In this document: positions 63,034-64,000 of the stretch, in pieces
Layout of the letters: each line of letters begins with the position of its first letter
How positions within the stretch are numbered: position 1 is the first letter of the stretch
From: Candidatus Dormiibacterota bacterium
GTDB taxonomy: Bacteria > Chloroflexota > Dormibacteria > Aeolococcales > Aeolococcaceae
Reading direction: 5' to 3'
Length of the DNA: 64,000 nucleotides
NCBI GenBank assembly: GCA_963718525.1
Contig: OY970355.1
Coordinates: forward strand, 1,024,001-1,088,000
Position numbers and translations under genes: made by a program
The notes under the pieces: model-generated
The model's input: only the letters and a program-made list of their open reading frames with translations
Database searches by the model: none
What the model was told of the DNA's origin: nothing

Positions 63034-64000
63034 CTGGCCGGAACGGTCTGCGCAACGACGGGGCTGTCAACGCCGGCAGGGTGATGGCATGCGTAGTAAT
63101 GCCCCGGCTCGTGCTCGATGAGCAACGGCTCCTCGGTGTGGCAGATGGCCGTGTCGTACCTGCAGCGCGCGGCGAAGCGGCACGCGGGCGGAGGAGCCGT
63201 GAGGTCCGGCGGCAGACCCGGAATGCTGTACAGCCCGGTCGCGGCGTCCTGGTCGAGCCTCGGAATCGCCTCGACGAGTGCCTCCGTATACCGATGACGC
63301 ATTCCCTTGAAGAGCCTGCGCGTCTCGGATGTCTCGACGATCTTCCCCGCGTACATCACGGCGACACGGTCCGCGCGACCGGCGATGACGCCCATGTCGT
63401 GGGTGATCAGGAGCACCGCCATGTGCAGGCGCCGGCGCAGGTCGTCGAGCAGGTCGAGGATCTGCGCCTGGATGGTGACGTCGAGCGCCGTTGTCGGCTC
63501 GTCGGCGATGAGCAGCTTCGGGTCACACACCAATGCCATGGCGATCATCACGCGCTGGCGGAGACCGCCGGACAGCATGTGGGGGTAGTCACTGAGACGC
63601 TCTCGCGGGCGGGGCATTCCAACCAGGCCGAGAACTTCGGCGCAGCGCTCGCGGGTCTCGTCGTCGCTGGTATCCCGGTGGATGTGCAGTACCTCGCCGA
63701 TCTGGTCACCGATCGTCATCGTCGGGTTGAGCGACGTCATCGGGTCCTGGAAGATCACGGCGACCTCGTTGCCTCGGATGTCACGCATCGCCTTCTCGTC
63801 CAGTGGCACGACATCGCGGCCGTTGAGCTTGATGCTCCCGGAGACGATGCTGCCGCCCGACGGCAGCAGTTTCATGATCGACATCCCTGTGATGCTCTTG
63901 CCGCATCCGGATTCGCCCACCAGCCCCAACGTTTCACCGGGGGCGATGTGCAGGGAGATGCCGTCCACCGCGCGCACCGTTGTTCGTGACAGCCGGATAT
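63030..64000 (-). CDS. Peptide ABC transporter ATP-binding protein (OppD-like), 5' end outside window
   Basis: [16 protein letters not shown] and DEPTTALD; the frame stays open to the window edge. Confidence 0.93.
   Translation of the reverse strand, partial: IRLSRTTVRAVDGISLHIAPGETLGLVGESGCGKSITGMSIMKLLPSGGSIVSGSIKLNGRDVVPLDEKAMRDIRGNEVAVIFQDPMTSLNPTMTIGDQIGEVLHIHRDTSDDETRERCAEVLGLVGMPRPRERLSDYPHMLSGGLRQRVMIAMALVCDPKLLIADEPTTALDVTIQAQILDLLDDLRRRLHMAVLLITHDMGVIAGRADRVAVMYAGKIVETSETRRLFKGMRHRYTEALVEAIPRLDQDAATGLYSIPGLPPDLTAPPPACRFAARCRYDTAICHTEEPLLIEHEPGHYYACHHPAGVDSPVVAQTVPAR

Overview
High-GC bacterial chromosomal window. The gene set and pervasive leaderless TANNNT promoters suggest a Terrabacteria soil lineage such as Dormibacterota, Chloroflexota or Actinomycetota (inference). 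The main feature is an ~18.3 kb element (3086-21396) integrated in a tRNA-Lys gene. It is bounded by a 39-bp direct repeat and carries a tyrosine integrase with repeated ACTGTTGT arm-like sites. Its backbone resembles a phage satellite: an HTH protein, an excisionase, a Spo11/TopoVI-A-like Toprim protein preceded by a partial duplicate, a RepA-type helicase and a small-terminase-like protein, with no capsid, tail or conjugation genes. Its cargo is a defence cassette. One arm is a class II DISARM-like operon (drmE-drmA-drmB-drmC) headed by a C5-cytosine methyltransferase fused to a Vsr endonuclease. The divergent arm holds an SRA-like-HNH nuclease and a GHKL-ATPase/PD-(D/E)XK restriction enzyme. 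Left of the element are a candidate multi-hairpin RNA with repeated CGGCUGA linkers, a truncated DUF222-HNH gene with a LexA box, and another PD-(D/E)XK protein. The remaining 42 kb is ordinary host DNA: a two-component system, ccdA, a DnaJ-class protein, purA, the hut operon, TadE-like pilins, peptidases, MFS/MarR and an oligopeptide ABC transporter. Several single-base lesions (drmB frameshift, short tRNA anticodon arm, an amber codon, near-cognate starts) may be real or assembly errors.
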